A stretch of DNA of 25,073 nt from Candidatus Nanoarchaeia archaeon (GCA_035290605.1 DATDUA010000001.1:1-25073); one strand, 5' to 3'; counted from the stretch's first letter, positions 8,845 to 15,792 are shown. Program-made: numbers and translations. Notes: generated from the sequence alone by a model not told the origin.

Positions 8845-8860
8845 GAAAGCTATTTAAATA
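8845..8860. promoter_or_regulatory. Bidirectional promoter with palindromic TATA element
   Basis: TATTTAAATA (8851-8860) is a perfect palindrome centred about 24 bp from both ATG 8831 (minus) and ATG 8879 (plus). GAAAGC BRE-like sequence on the plus side. Confidence 0.7.
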
Positions 8861-8878
8861 TTTTTAGCATGTAGGATT

Positions 8879-9499
8879 ATGGAAAAAGCCAGAAAAAGCA
8901 TTAAATGGATTGTTGCTGCAGCAGCATTCTATGTGGTTGCAATTGCGCTGCTTGTTCTTGGATTTTACTATGATGCTTATGTTTCTGAGTTTATAGCCTC
9001 AAACAGGCAGCCATACCTGAATGAATTTATGAGGATAATAAGCTTTTTAGGGGATTGGTATATTATTCTGATTATTATAAGCATTATCTTTATCTTTCAC
9101 AAGCTAAAAAGAAGGCTGGTTTTTGCCTCGTGGCTGAGCATTCTTGCAAGCGGCCTGATTGTTTATGCAATAAAGTTTTTCTTTGTAAGGGAGAGGCCTT
9201 TCGGGGCTCTCGGCATAGAGAATCTTATTGAGGCAGAGGGAAGCAGCTTTCCCTCAGGGCATGCGGCTGCTGCCTTTTCAGCAGTGCCGCTGATTGGCAG
9301 GATTAAAAAATTAAGGCATGTGTGGCTGGCTTTCTCAATCCTCGTTGCATTCTCAAGAATATACCTCGGAGTTCACTACCTGAGCGATGTGGCTGCAGGC
9401 GCCCTGATTGGCTACACCCTTGGGGCAATATTTCTTGCAATTGAGCACAAAGCAAAGTTTGGAAAGAGAATTCTCGAGCTTATAAAAAGATATTATTAA
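8879..9499 (+). CDS. PAP2 family membrane phosphatase (polyprenyl-diphosphate phosphatase-like)
   Basis: The three PAP2 motifs K.FFVRERP, SFPSGH and SRIYLGVHYLSDV, in a multi-TM protein. Confidence 0.92.
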   Translation: MEKARKSIKWIVAAAAFYVVAIALLVLGFYYDAYVSEFIASNRQPYLNEFMRIISFLGDWYIILIIISIIFIFHKLKRRLVFASWLSILASGLIVYAIKFFFVRERPFGALGIENLIEAEGSSFPSGHAAAAFSAVPLIGRIKKLRHVWLAFSILVAFSRIYLGVHYLSDVAAGALIGYTLGAIFLAIEHKAKFGKRILELIKRYY

Positions 9500-9530
9500 G
9501 GGAAGAACGCCACCTGCTAACGCATTAAGC

Positions 9531-9989
9531 CTAAGAAAAAATACTTTTAAGCCAGCTGATAATCTTCTGGAACAGGGTTAGCTCTTTTTCAGGCTCACTG
9601 CTGACAATCCTATAATTCCCATCAAGAAATGTGCCTCCATTGCACTCGTCCCCACCAAAATGAATGTCTCCTTCAATAGCCTTGGCGTTTGAAGAATATC
9701 CTGTCAGATTATACAGCTTAACAGATATCTCTTTGCCAGCAGGATATAGCTCATAACAGCTTCTATCGCCATCCTCGCGGACAACAGATACATTGCTTAT
9801 ATTCAGCCACACCGAGTAAGAAGCAGGTATAATCCTATTGCAGTTGATATATGCTGCATGATAGGTTGAATTTATGACATCTGCACTGATTCTGCAGGTT
9901 GGGCTTGGGGCGGCCATAACAGCAGAGGCTGTTCCAATCAAGGATACAATTAACAAGAAAGTTAATGGAATTGCTAATTGCTGTTTCAT
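9531..9989 (-). CDS. Small secreted Cys-containing protein with amphipathic C-terminal helix
   Basis: ATG 9989 lies 22-23 nt downstream of a TTTAAG TATA box. Signal peptide MKQQLAIPLTFLLIVSLIGTASA, four Cys, ends LFQKIISWLKSIFS. Confidence 0.7.
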   Translation of the reverse strand: MKQQLAIPLTFLLIVSLIGTASAVMAAPSPTCRISADVINSTYHAAYINCNRIIPASYSVWLNISNVSVVREDGDRSCYELYPAGKEISVKLYNLTGYSSNAKAIEGDIHFGGDECNGGTFLDGNYRIVSSEPEKELTLFQKIISWLKSIFS

Positions 9990-10046
9990 GAACAATTTAG
10001 CCAGAGCTTGCTTAAATATCTATTGATTATACTAAAGGACATTGAA

Positions 10047-10114
10047 ATTTGAGCAAGATTATGCCTTTAGTAGATAGGATGAGAACAAAAAACTGCTCAA
10101 ATATTTTGTTCTCA
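10047..10114. repeat. Interlocking inverted repeats (hairpin plus loop-complementary segment)
   Basis: TGAGAACAAAA (10080-10090) and TTTTGTTCTCA (10104-10114) are perfect 11-bp arms. Loop sequence TGCTCAAAT (10094-10102) is the exact complement of ATTTGAGCA (10047-10055). Confidence 0.75.
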
Positions 10115-10150
10115 GACTATAGTTCAAAACAATTTGCAACAAAAACAAAA

Positions 10151-12136
10151 CTAAACCACACTTACTTTAGGCTTTGCCCTTGCGACAGAAACGAGTATTA
10201 TCAGCACAACAAGCACAACAATCAGTGTTACAAGTATCCAGACTGCCTTGTTGCTTGTTATATTCTCTCCAAGAGATGATGCGAATGCAGATAGTGTTGA
10301 TTTCTGGATTGTAACTGCAAGGGACTGCTCCTTAACCTGTGAGTCATATGTTATCTTTGCCTTGAATATCTTCTCTCCGGATGCGTCCCCGTCTATCTTG
10401 AAATATAAGTAAGCGCTTCCGCTCTCTCCCTTCTCAAGTGTTAGAGTAGATGGCTCAACCCTGTCAAGTTTTGCCCAGTCTTCATAACCAGACGCTGAGA
10501 TGCTGTATGTTGTCTCTGTGTCCTTAGGGTTTGTCAGGGTGACTTTTAGCTTCATTGTGCTGCCTGCAATAGCATTCTCATAGCCCTCTGCCAGAGAGGC
10601 TGATATTGAAACATCCCTTGAAACAGAAGCAGTGCACTGCCCTGAAACCTTCAGCTGCTCTGTGAATGTGCTTGTCAGGTCATAGCTGTCATCATCCTCG
10701 TCATAATCATAGTATGCCTTGAATGTCAGCGTGTAGTTCTGCTCTGTTGAATTTTTAGGCACGCTTATGCTGAATGTGACAACCTCTGAATCTCCCTCGT
10801 CAAGAAGGAATGAATTTGAGTTCTGGCTTATTCCAAGCTCTTTGTTGTAAATGCTTAAATAGACTTTGTCCTCGTCCCTTGTCCCTATGTTGTATGCCTT
10901 TGCTGTTATGTCAACGCTCTCGCCGCAATTAACATATTCAGGAATATTTATGCTCTGGAGCGTCATCTCTCTTGACTCCTTGTCTATGTTTATTGCCCTG
11001 TAAAATTCAGAGCCTATTCTGTCTGTGCACTGCCCTCTTTCATCGCTGTCATAAAATGCCCTTACATACAGCCTGTAATTCCTGTCTTTTATGTCAACAG
11101 GCACATTTATCGTGAATTCAACATCCTTTGACCTTCCGTCCCCGACTGAAACTGTTTTTTCGTCCTTGTCCAAATCAACAAACTCCTTATCCTGAGGGTC
11201 ATACAACCCTATCTGGACTGTAATGTCCTCTTCATCAATGCCGTTGTTCCTTACGCTTACTTCAATATCAACTGAATCAAGAGGCTTCCAATCCCAGTCT
11301 GTTTCAGAGCTTTTGTCCTGCAGGCTCAATATCTCCACACTTGTCCCGTTCTTGCCATATTTGCAGTAATCGCTCACTACTTTAAGGCTTGTTGTGGCAG
11401 TTGTGCCTGATGATGAATTTGCCGTTATTGTTGTTGTGTAATCCTCAAGATAGAGATTTGAAGGAATGTCTGATGTTATGTTTATTGTCCTTGAGGCGCC
11501 TTTTGAGAGGTCAAAAAGGTTTGATGAGAATGCCAGGGTTGCCTGCCTTCCTGCAGAGTCCCTTATTGAAGCTGCATCATATGACAGGTTTATGCTTGTA
11601 AAGTCAACATTTCCTGTATTTGTTATTGTGAAAGAGCTGTTGTTCTGCGCCCTGTTTAGCTCTGCAGGCGAGGTTAATGACAATGAAGATGTTGAGTTTA
11701 CTGTCAGGCTAATGGATAATTGGGCAGTTAGAGAAGTGCCGTTTGTTCCTGATGCAGTTATAGTGCCTGCATATGTCCCCGGCTGCTGGTATGAAGGGAC
11801 AGCTATTGTTGCGCTGAGCACAGATGATGTTGAATTATACTGTATATTAGTAATATTAGAAGGAAGCGAAACATTTCCTGAGCTGATAGTGTAAGAGCCT
11901 GTTGTAAGCACGCTTGAGCTGAAGCTTATATTTGTTATGTTCTGGTTTGAAAGCGTGTTGTTAAGGAAAAATGAGATTGCGCCTGATGTTGCATGGTTTA
12001 ATGAAAGAGAGTATGAAGTCTGGTTGAATATAAGCTCATTTGCAGCGCTTGCTAAAGACGCAGACAGAATAAATATTCCAAACAACATCAACGCTGCCAG
12101 AACAAAATGCAAATTCTCGTGTGTTTTAGACTTCAT
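10151..12136 (-). CDS. Ig-like multi-domain, C-terminally anchored cell-surface protein (putative S-layer-associated)
   Basis: ATG 12136 preferred. Signal peptide, repeated beta-sandwich motifs (F.ITNTGN, EVSVRNNG, AKAYNIG, KVTLTNP), many N-x-S/T sequons, C-terminal TM helix with a basic tail. TATA TTTATAAA at 12165-12172. Confidence 0.75.
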   Translation of the reverse strand: MKSKTHENLHFVLAALMLFGIFILSASLASAANELIFNQTSYSLSLNHATSGAISFFLNNTLSNQNITNISFSSSVLTTGSYTISSGNVSLPSNITNIQYNSTSSVLSATIAVPSYQQPGTYAGTITASGTNGTSLTAQLSISLTVNSTSSLSLTSPAELNRAQNNSSFTITNTGNVDFTSINLSYDAASIRDSAGRQATLAFSSNLFDLSKGASRTINITSDIPSNLYLEDYTTTITANSSSGTTATTSLKVVSDYCKYGKNGTSVEILSLQDKSSETDWDWKPLDSVDIEVSVRNNGIDEEDITVQIGLYDPQDKEFVDLDKDEKTVSVGDGRSKDVEFTINVPVDIKDRNYRLYVRAFYDSDERGQCTDRIGSEFYRAINIDKESREMTLQSINIPEYVNCGESVDITAKAYNIGTRDEDKVYLSIYNKELGISQNSNSFLLDEGDSEVVTFSISVPKNSTEQNYTLTFKAYYDYDEDDDSYDLTSTFTEQLKVSGQCTASVSRDVSISASLAEGYENAIAGSTMKLKVTLTNPKDTETTYSISASGYEDWAKLDRVEPSTLTLEKGESGSAYLYFKIDGDASGEKIFKAKITYDSQVKEQSLAVTIQKSTLSAFASSLGENITSNKAVWILVTLIVVLVVLIILVSVARAKPKVSVV

Positions 12137-12210
12137 TTTTGTTACGATTTTATAATTACGATGGTTTATAAATATTTCTATTCTACAAAACATATAAGAT
12201 TACGGGCAAT

Positions 12211-12873
12211 TCAGGGCAGAACACTCCAGATGTCTGTGTAATTGACAATATTATTGCTGTCGTTATATACGGCAATCCCGGGGCATGCAGTATTCACCCA
12301 GAAGCCAGTGCTGAAATTCTCCAGTTCATTAGGGCTTACGTTGTCTTCAAGAAAGATAAATGCTGTTTTTCCCATATTATTAATCTTTTTTTTAAGGCTT
12401 ATTGCAAGAGAGATGTTATTCTGCCCGGGCTTTGATGAGACAATTATCCCTATGGCTTCTGAAGAAAGAAATTTTGATAGTGCTATTTTTTTCTTTAAAA
12501 CAAGCCTGTCAGTATCGGGCTTGCTTATTCTGGAGATTTTCCCGTTTTCATATATGTACATATTTTTGCCCTGAAGAGCAAGTTGCAATGCGTGGAATTT
12601 GCCAGAGCCGACAAGCAAGATGTTTTTTTCCTTTGCCCTAAGTGCAGTGCATCCCAAAACCTGCATAAATCCACTAACATTTTTCCTTTTTGCCTTAAAA
12701 AAATCCTTCAGCTTTTCAGCTATAAATTTATATTGTATGGTGTATGCAATCAAAAAGCTTGGGGGCAAGGCAGAAAGAATCTTCTCTGCATGCCCAATAA
12801 AGCTGTTAAGCTCCTGCTCAAAGGCGCTGCTTTTCTTTCTTGCTTCTATGAATAAAATATTTGTGCTTTTCAT
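12211..12873 (-). CDS. dph2: Diphthamide biosynthesis protein Dph2, N-terminally shortened form (220 aa)
   Basis: Motifs AYTIQY, QVLGC, GSGKFH, IGIIVSSKPGQ and VNTACP. Only two Cys. TATA lies 22 nt before the ATG. Confidence 0.8.
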   Translation of the reverse strand: MKSTNILFIEARKKSSAFEQELNSFIGHAEKILSALPPSFLIAYTIQYKFIAEKLKDFFKAKRKNVSGFMQVLGCTALRAKEKNILLVGSGKFHALQLALQGKNMYIYENGKISRISKPDTDRLVLKKKIALSKFLSSEAIGIIVSSKPGQNNISLAISLKKKINNMGKTAFIFLEDNVSPNELENFSTGFWVNTACPGIAVYNDSNNIVNYTDIWSVLP

Positions 12874-12950
12874 GGTTATACATAAAAAGAAGCATTTATA
12901 ACATTAACCCCTGCCCGTAAATAATCCTATTAGAATTCAAATTGCTTAAG

Positions 12951-13349
12951 TCAGTATGTCTCAAACTCTGACTCTTGTTTCTTTGGCTTTGGAGCCTCTG
13001 GCCTGTATATTGTCGCGAATGAAGGCGTGGCAATTATTATATTCTCCCCGAACCCTGCGATGCCACCCTCGATAGCGTCTGTTGTCTTCTTTATTTTTGA
13101 AACCGCCCTCTTAAGCTCAATTATATCCTTTGATTTCAGGGGCTTTATGTCAATAATGGCTATTGTATAACCCTGCCTTAGGGCATTAAGAATATGATTT
13201 ACATCCTCAAACTGCTTAAGAACAAACGGCTTTATAAGAAGTTTTGACTTTTCAGCCTCCACGCCCAAATCAAGCTCAATATACTCTGCATCCTGATTTT
13301 TTGAGCCGAACACCCTGAATAAATTCTCTTTTATTTTTTTAATCACCAT
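12951..13349 (-). CDS. sepF: Archaeal cell division protein SepF
   Basis: EYIELD motif and core I.PFVLKQFEDV..I...LRQG.TIAIIDI.PL....ELKRAV.KIKK...AIEG.IAG.GE..IIATP. ATG 13349 is 22 nt from the TATA box. Confidence 0.88.
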   Translation of the reverse strand: MVIKKIKENLFRVFGSKNQDAEYIELDLGVEAEKSKLLIKPFVLKQFEDVNHILNALRQGYTIAIIDIKPLKSKDIIELKRAVSKIKKTTDAIEGGIAGFGENIIIATPSFATIYRPEAPKPKKQESEFETY

Positions 13350-13412
13350 GTTAAACACAAAAGTTATGGGTTTATAAATATTTCTATAGTGAGAAATAAT
13401 CCTGCTTTTTTC

Positions 13413-13742
13413 CTACTTCAGCTTTTTTGTTATTTCCTGCCTTAATTTTTCTGTCTTTTCTGCTATTAAATCCTCTTGTTTTTCTATCGAGCTTATCCTC
13501 AGGTTAAGAAGTTTCTTTTTTTCCTCAAGCTCTTTTTCAAGTTCAGCCCTGTCTGCTTTCAGCATGATTTGCCCGACTATCCTGAATGCGTCATCCTTTG
13601 ATTTTTTAAGCTCCTCGGCTGCGTTAGTTGTTTCGCTTAATTCAATCTGAAATGCCTGCTTCTGCAAAAGCAGGTTCTGGATGTTCTGCTCAAGAAGCTG
13701 AAGCTCCTGTATGCTCCTTTCTGTTTCCTTGTCTATGTTCAT
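13413..13742 (-). CDS. pfdB: Prefoldin subunit beta
   Basis: Coiled coil, AFRIVGQIML beta-hairpin, coiled coil. ATG 13742 (MNIDKET) preferred over GTG 13772. Canonical position after rpoP. Confidence 0.88.
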   Translation of the reverse strand: MNIDKETERSIQELQLLEQNIQNLLLQKQAFQIELSETTNAAEELKKSKDDAFRIVGQIMLKADRAELEKELEEKKKLLNLRISSIEKQEDLIAEKTEKLRQEITKKLK

Positions 13743-13768
13743 TTTGGGCAATAAATTTCTAAATTTTC

Positions 13769-13906
13769 TCACACAGCTTTTATTTTTGTTGCCTGCTTTC
13801 TCGGCTTGTAGAATACCTTAGAATCGCAATAAGGGCAGACAAATCGCTTTTCAAGAGCCTTGTGTGTAATCTGCTTGCCGCACTTAAAACATTTGTATGT
13901 TGCCAT
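13769..13906 (-). CDS. rpoP: DNA-directed RNA polymerase subunit Rpo12 (RpoP), 45 aa; missing from the ORF track
   Basis: Hand translation MATYKCFKCGKQITHKALEKRFVCPYCDSKVFYKPRKQATKIKAV gives a C2C2 zinc ribbon with YK.R. It lies between rpl37ae and pfdB as in other archaea. Confidence 0.92.
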   Translation of the reverse strand: MATYKCFKCGKQITHKALEKRFVCPYCDSKVFYKPRKQATKIKAV

Positions 13907-13943
13907 TTTATCGTATATTTTTTATGTTTATAAATTTATTATG

Positions 13944-14162
13944 TCACTCTCTCTTAATATAGTATGCATGGGATGCAAACTTTTTGCCGCATTTTTTGCA
14001 GAGCCATATTCCTTTTGCCAGCCTTTTTAAGGATTTTTTTTGGCAAAAAGGGCATAACTGCTTTTTCCTCTGTTTTTCCTCGATGCCTGTCAGCTTTTCC
14101 CTGACTTTTCTCCCATACTTGGGGCCAAATCTTCCCGCTGCCTTTACTTTAGATGTTCTCAT
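13944..14162 (-). CDS. rpl37ae: 50S ribosomal protein eL43 (L37Ae)
   Basis: AGRFGPKYG..VR and the zinc finger CPFC..GIW.CKKC. ATG 14162 preferred over 14219. Confidence 0.93.
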   Translation of the reverse strand: MRTSKVKAAGRFGPKYGRKVREKLTGIEEKQRKKQLCPFCQKKSLKRLAKGIWLCKKCGKKFASHAYYIKRE

Positions 14163-14188
14163 TTTAAGTTTTGTATTTTTTATTTTAC

Positions 14189-14257
14189 TCTCATGAAGTC
14201 GCTCTGCTCGCGACCTCACTCGTCGATATTATTTTAGTTATTCTCGTGAAGTCGCTC
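14189..14257. repeat. Two-copy 16-nt direct repeat in the tRNA-Pro trailer
   Basis: TCTCATGAAGTCGCTC (14189-14204) and TCTCGTGAAGTCGCTC (14242-14257), 15/16 identical, 37 nt apart. Confidence 0.8.
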
Positions 14258-14259
14258 GA

Positions 14260-14368
14260 TGGGGCTGCCAGGATTTGAACCTGGGTCGCATGCTTTTTCG
14301 CAACCAATCCTTTTGCCAGGATTTGCTCACCCAAAGCACGAAGCATAACCAGACTGGCCCACAGCCCC
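14260..14368 (-). tRNA. tRNA-Pro(UGG) with 35-nt intron at canonical position 37/38 (intron 14295-14329)
   Basis: Acceptor stem GGGGCTG/CAGCCCC with A73, T-arm CCAGG-TTCAAAT-CCTGG, anticodon stem CGTGC/GCATG, loop TT-TGG-G|A. Intron 3' end CGAA-AA pairs with positions 32-35 as in a bulge-helix-bulge. CCA not encoded. TATA at 14402-14409. Confidence 0.93.
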
Positions 14369-14419
14369 TTTGCAGTGTTGCAGGAAGACAGGGCTGGCTT
14401 GTTTATAAATTTATTATTC

Positions 14420-15133
14420 CTACTTCTTTGCAGTCTTTTCTGCCTTTGCTTCTGGCGCTTTTGCTGCTGCCGGCTGTGCTGCGCCTGCTCCTGCTGCCGG
14501 CGCACCTGCTGTTGCTGCTGTTGCAGCTTTTGCAGCATCTTCTGCCTCTTTCGCTGCCTTCTCTGCCTCCTCTTTCTTAATAAGCTCGTCCTGCTTTGCT
14601 TTTATAACTGCGAAATATTCCTGCAATTTCTTTCTTTTTTCTTCGCTTAATTCTGTTTTCTGCCCAGCAATCTCGCTGTCATACTTTCCAGCGTCTATAT
14701 CTTTCTCAATATCCTTAGGGCTTTGGTCTTCTATTAAAATGCCAAGGCTGACGCAGCTTCCAACAACTGACTTGACTGCTGACTTGAAATCCTTGCACAG
14801 CATTCCAGGCATCTTTGTCTTTGCAACAGATATAACCTGCTCAATTCCGGCATTTCCCACTTTAATCTTTTTATGCTCTCCAGAGCCCTTCTCCAGCCCG
14901 AGCTCTTTTTTCAGCAGCTCTGCCACAGGAGGCGTGAAGACATTTACCCCAAAGTTTTTTGTCTTTGCATCAACATCAATCTCAACCGGCACTTTTATTC
15001 CCTTAAATGATGCGGTTGCCTTGTTAACATCCTGTATAACCTTTCCAAGATTTACACCCAAAGGGCCGAGCTTCTGGCTCAATGCTGGTCCCGGCTTCAT
15101 GTCTCCTGCATCAATTATAAGTTTTATTTTCAT
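14420..15133 (-). CDS. rpl11: 50S ribosomal protein uL11 with approximately 80-aa C-terminal extension
   Basis: PGPALSQKLGPLGVN, G.KVPV, TPP..ELLKKE and VVGSC.S.G motifs, followed by a charged helix and an Ala/Lys/Pro-rich tail. Confidence 0.93.
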   Translation of the reverse strand: MKIKLIIDAGDMKPGPALSQKLGPLGVNLGKVIQDVNKATASFKGIKVPVEIDVDAKTKNFGVNVFTPPVAELLKKELGLEKGSGEHKKIKVGNAGIEQVISVAKTKMPGMLCKDFKSAVKSVVGSCVSLGILIEDQSPKDIEKDIDAGKYDSEIAGQKTELSEEKRKKLQEYFAVIKAKQDELIKKEEAEKAAKEAEDAAKAATAATAGAPAAGAGAAQPAAAKAPEAKAEKTAKK

Positions 15134-15183
15134 TTGGAAAATTTGTTTTGTTATCTTTTAAACCTATTGATTAGCGCTTAGCG

Positions 15184-15666
15184 TTATTCATTTTCCCTGC
15201 TTCCTTCAGATTTTTCTTCATCCTCATCCTTATCTCTCCTTATGACCTTGACATTGTCTATTTTTACTGTAACAGGTATAGGAACAGTCGCGCCAAGCAA
15301 TGAAACAAGAACCTCACCTTTCTGCTTGTCCACCCTCATAACCCTTGCCTTTTCCTTCTTGAACGGCTCTGCGATGATTTCAACCACATCATTCTTCTCA
15401 ATATTCACTGCTGTTATCTGCGGCTCTATCATATTCTTGATTTCATCATAAGAGATTGGCTTTCCGATTATGCCCTTGGTATACGGCAGGTCGAATACTG
15501 CCTCTTCCACTGTTTCCCTGTCAAGAGCCTCGAGAAAAATGTAGCCGCGCAGGCCATGTGGCCTTGCTATGCTATAAACCTCTAATTTCTTTTTTACTGA
15601 CCTGTCCTCAATTAAGTCAACTGCCTTGTCTTCCTTGTTTGTTGTAACCTTTATAACAAAAATCAT
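15184..15666 (-). CDS. spt5: Transcription elongation factor Spt5 (archaeal NusG)
   Basis: NGN domain (L.GYIFLEA) and KOW domain (DVVEIIAEPFKKEKARV..VD). SD-like AGGTG upstream. Located between secE and rpl11. Confidence 0.93.
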   Translation of the reverse strand: MIFVIKVTTNKEDKAVDLIEDRSVKKKLEVYSIARPHGLRGYIFLEALDRETVEEAVFDLPYTKGIIGKPISYDEIKNMIEPQITAVNIEKNDVVEIIAEPFKKEKARVMRVDKQKGEVLVSLLGATVPIPVTVKIDNVKVIRRDKDEDEEKSEGSRENE

Positions 15667-15694
15667 TGCATGAACACCTATTCATTTAGCCCAA

Positions 15695-15730
15695 CTCACA
15701 AAACAACCTGCGTTTAAAAAGTTTTGTGAG
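15695..15730 (-). promoter_or_regulatory. spt5 promoter bracketed by a 10-bp inverted repeat
   Basis: CTCACAAAAC (15695-15704) and GTTTTGTGAG (15721-15730) flank a 16-bp spacer that contains the minus-strand TATA box TTTTTAAA (15713-15720). Confidence 0.65.
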
Positions 15731-15792
15731 AAAGATAAAATTATGAGAAAAGTGGGCATTATAAATCTTTCTGTTGCAGAATATTTTTTTGT

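Noticed and set aside
12211-12950. dph2 as a frameshifted pseudogene
   Set aside because: Only 77 bp separate it from sepF, that gap holds a correctly spaced TATA box, and the ORF is intact with conserved motifs.
14191-14650. Poly-Gln ORF (14191-14538 minus) and poly-Cys/Leu ORFs (14275-14580, 14375-14650 plus)
   Set aside because: Alternative-frame or antisense readings of the Ala codons in the rpl11 tail. Two of them also run across tRNA-Pro.
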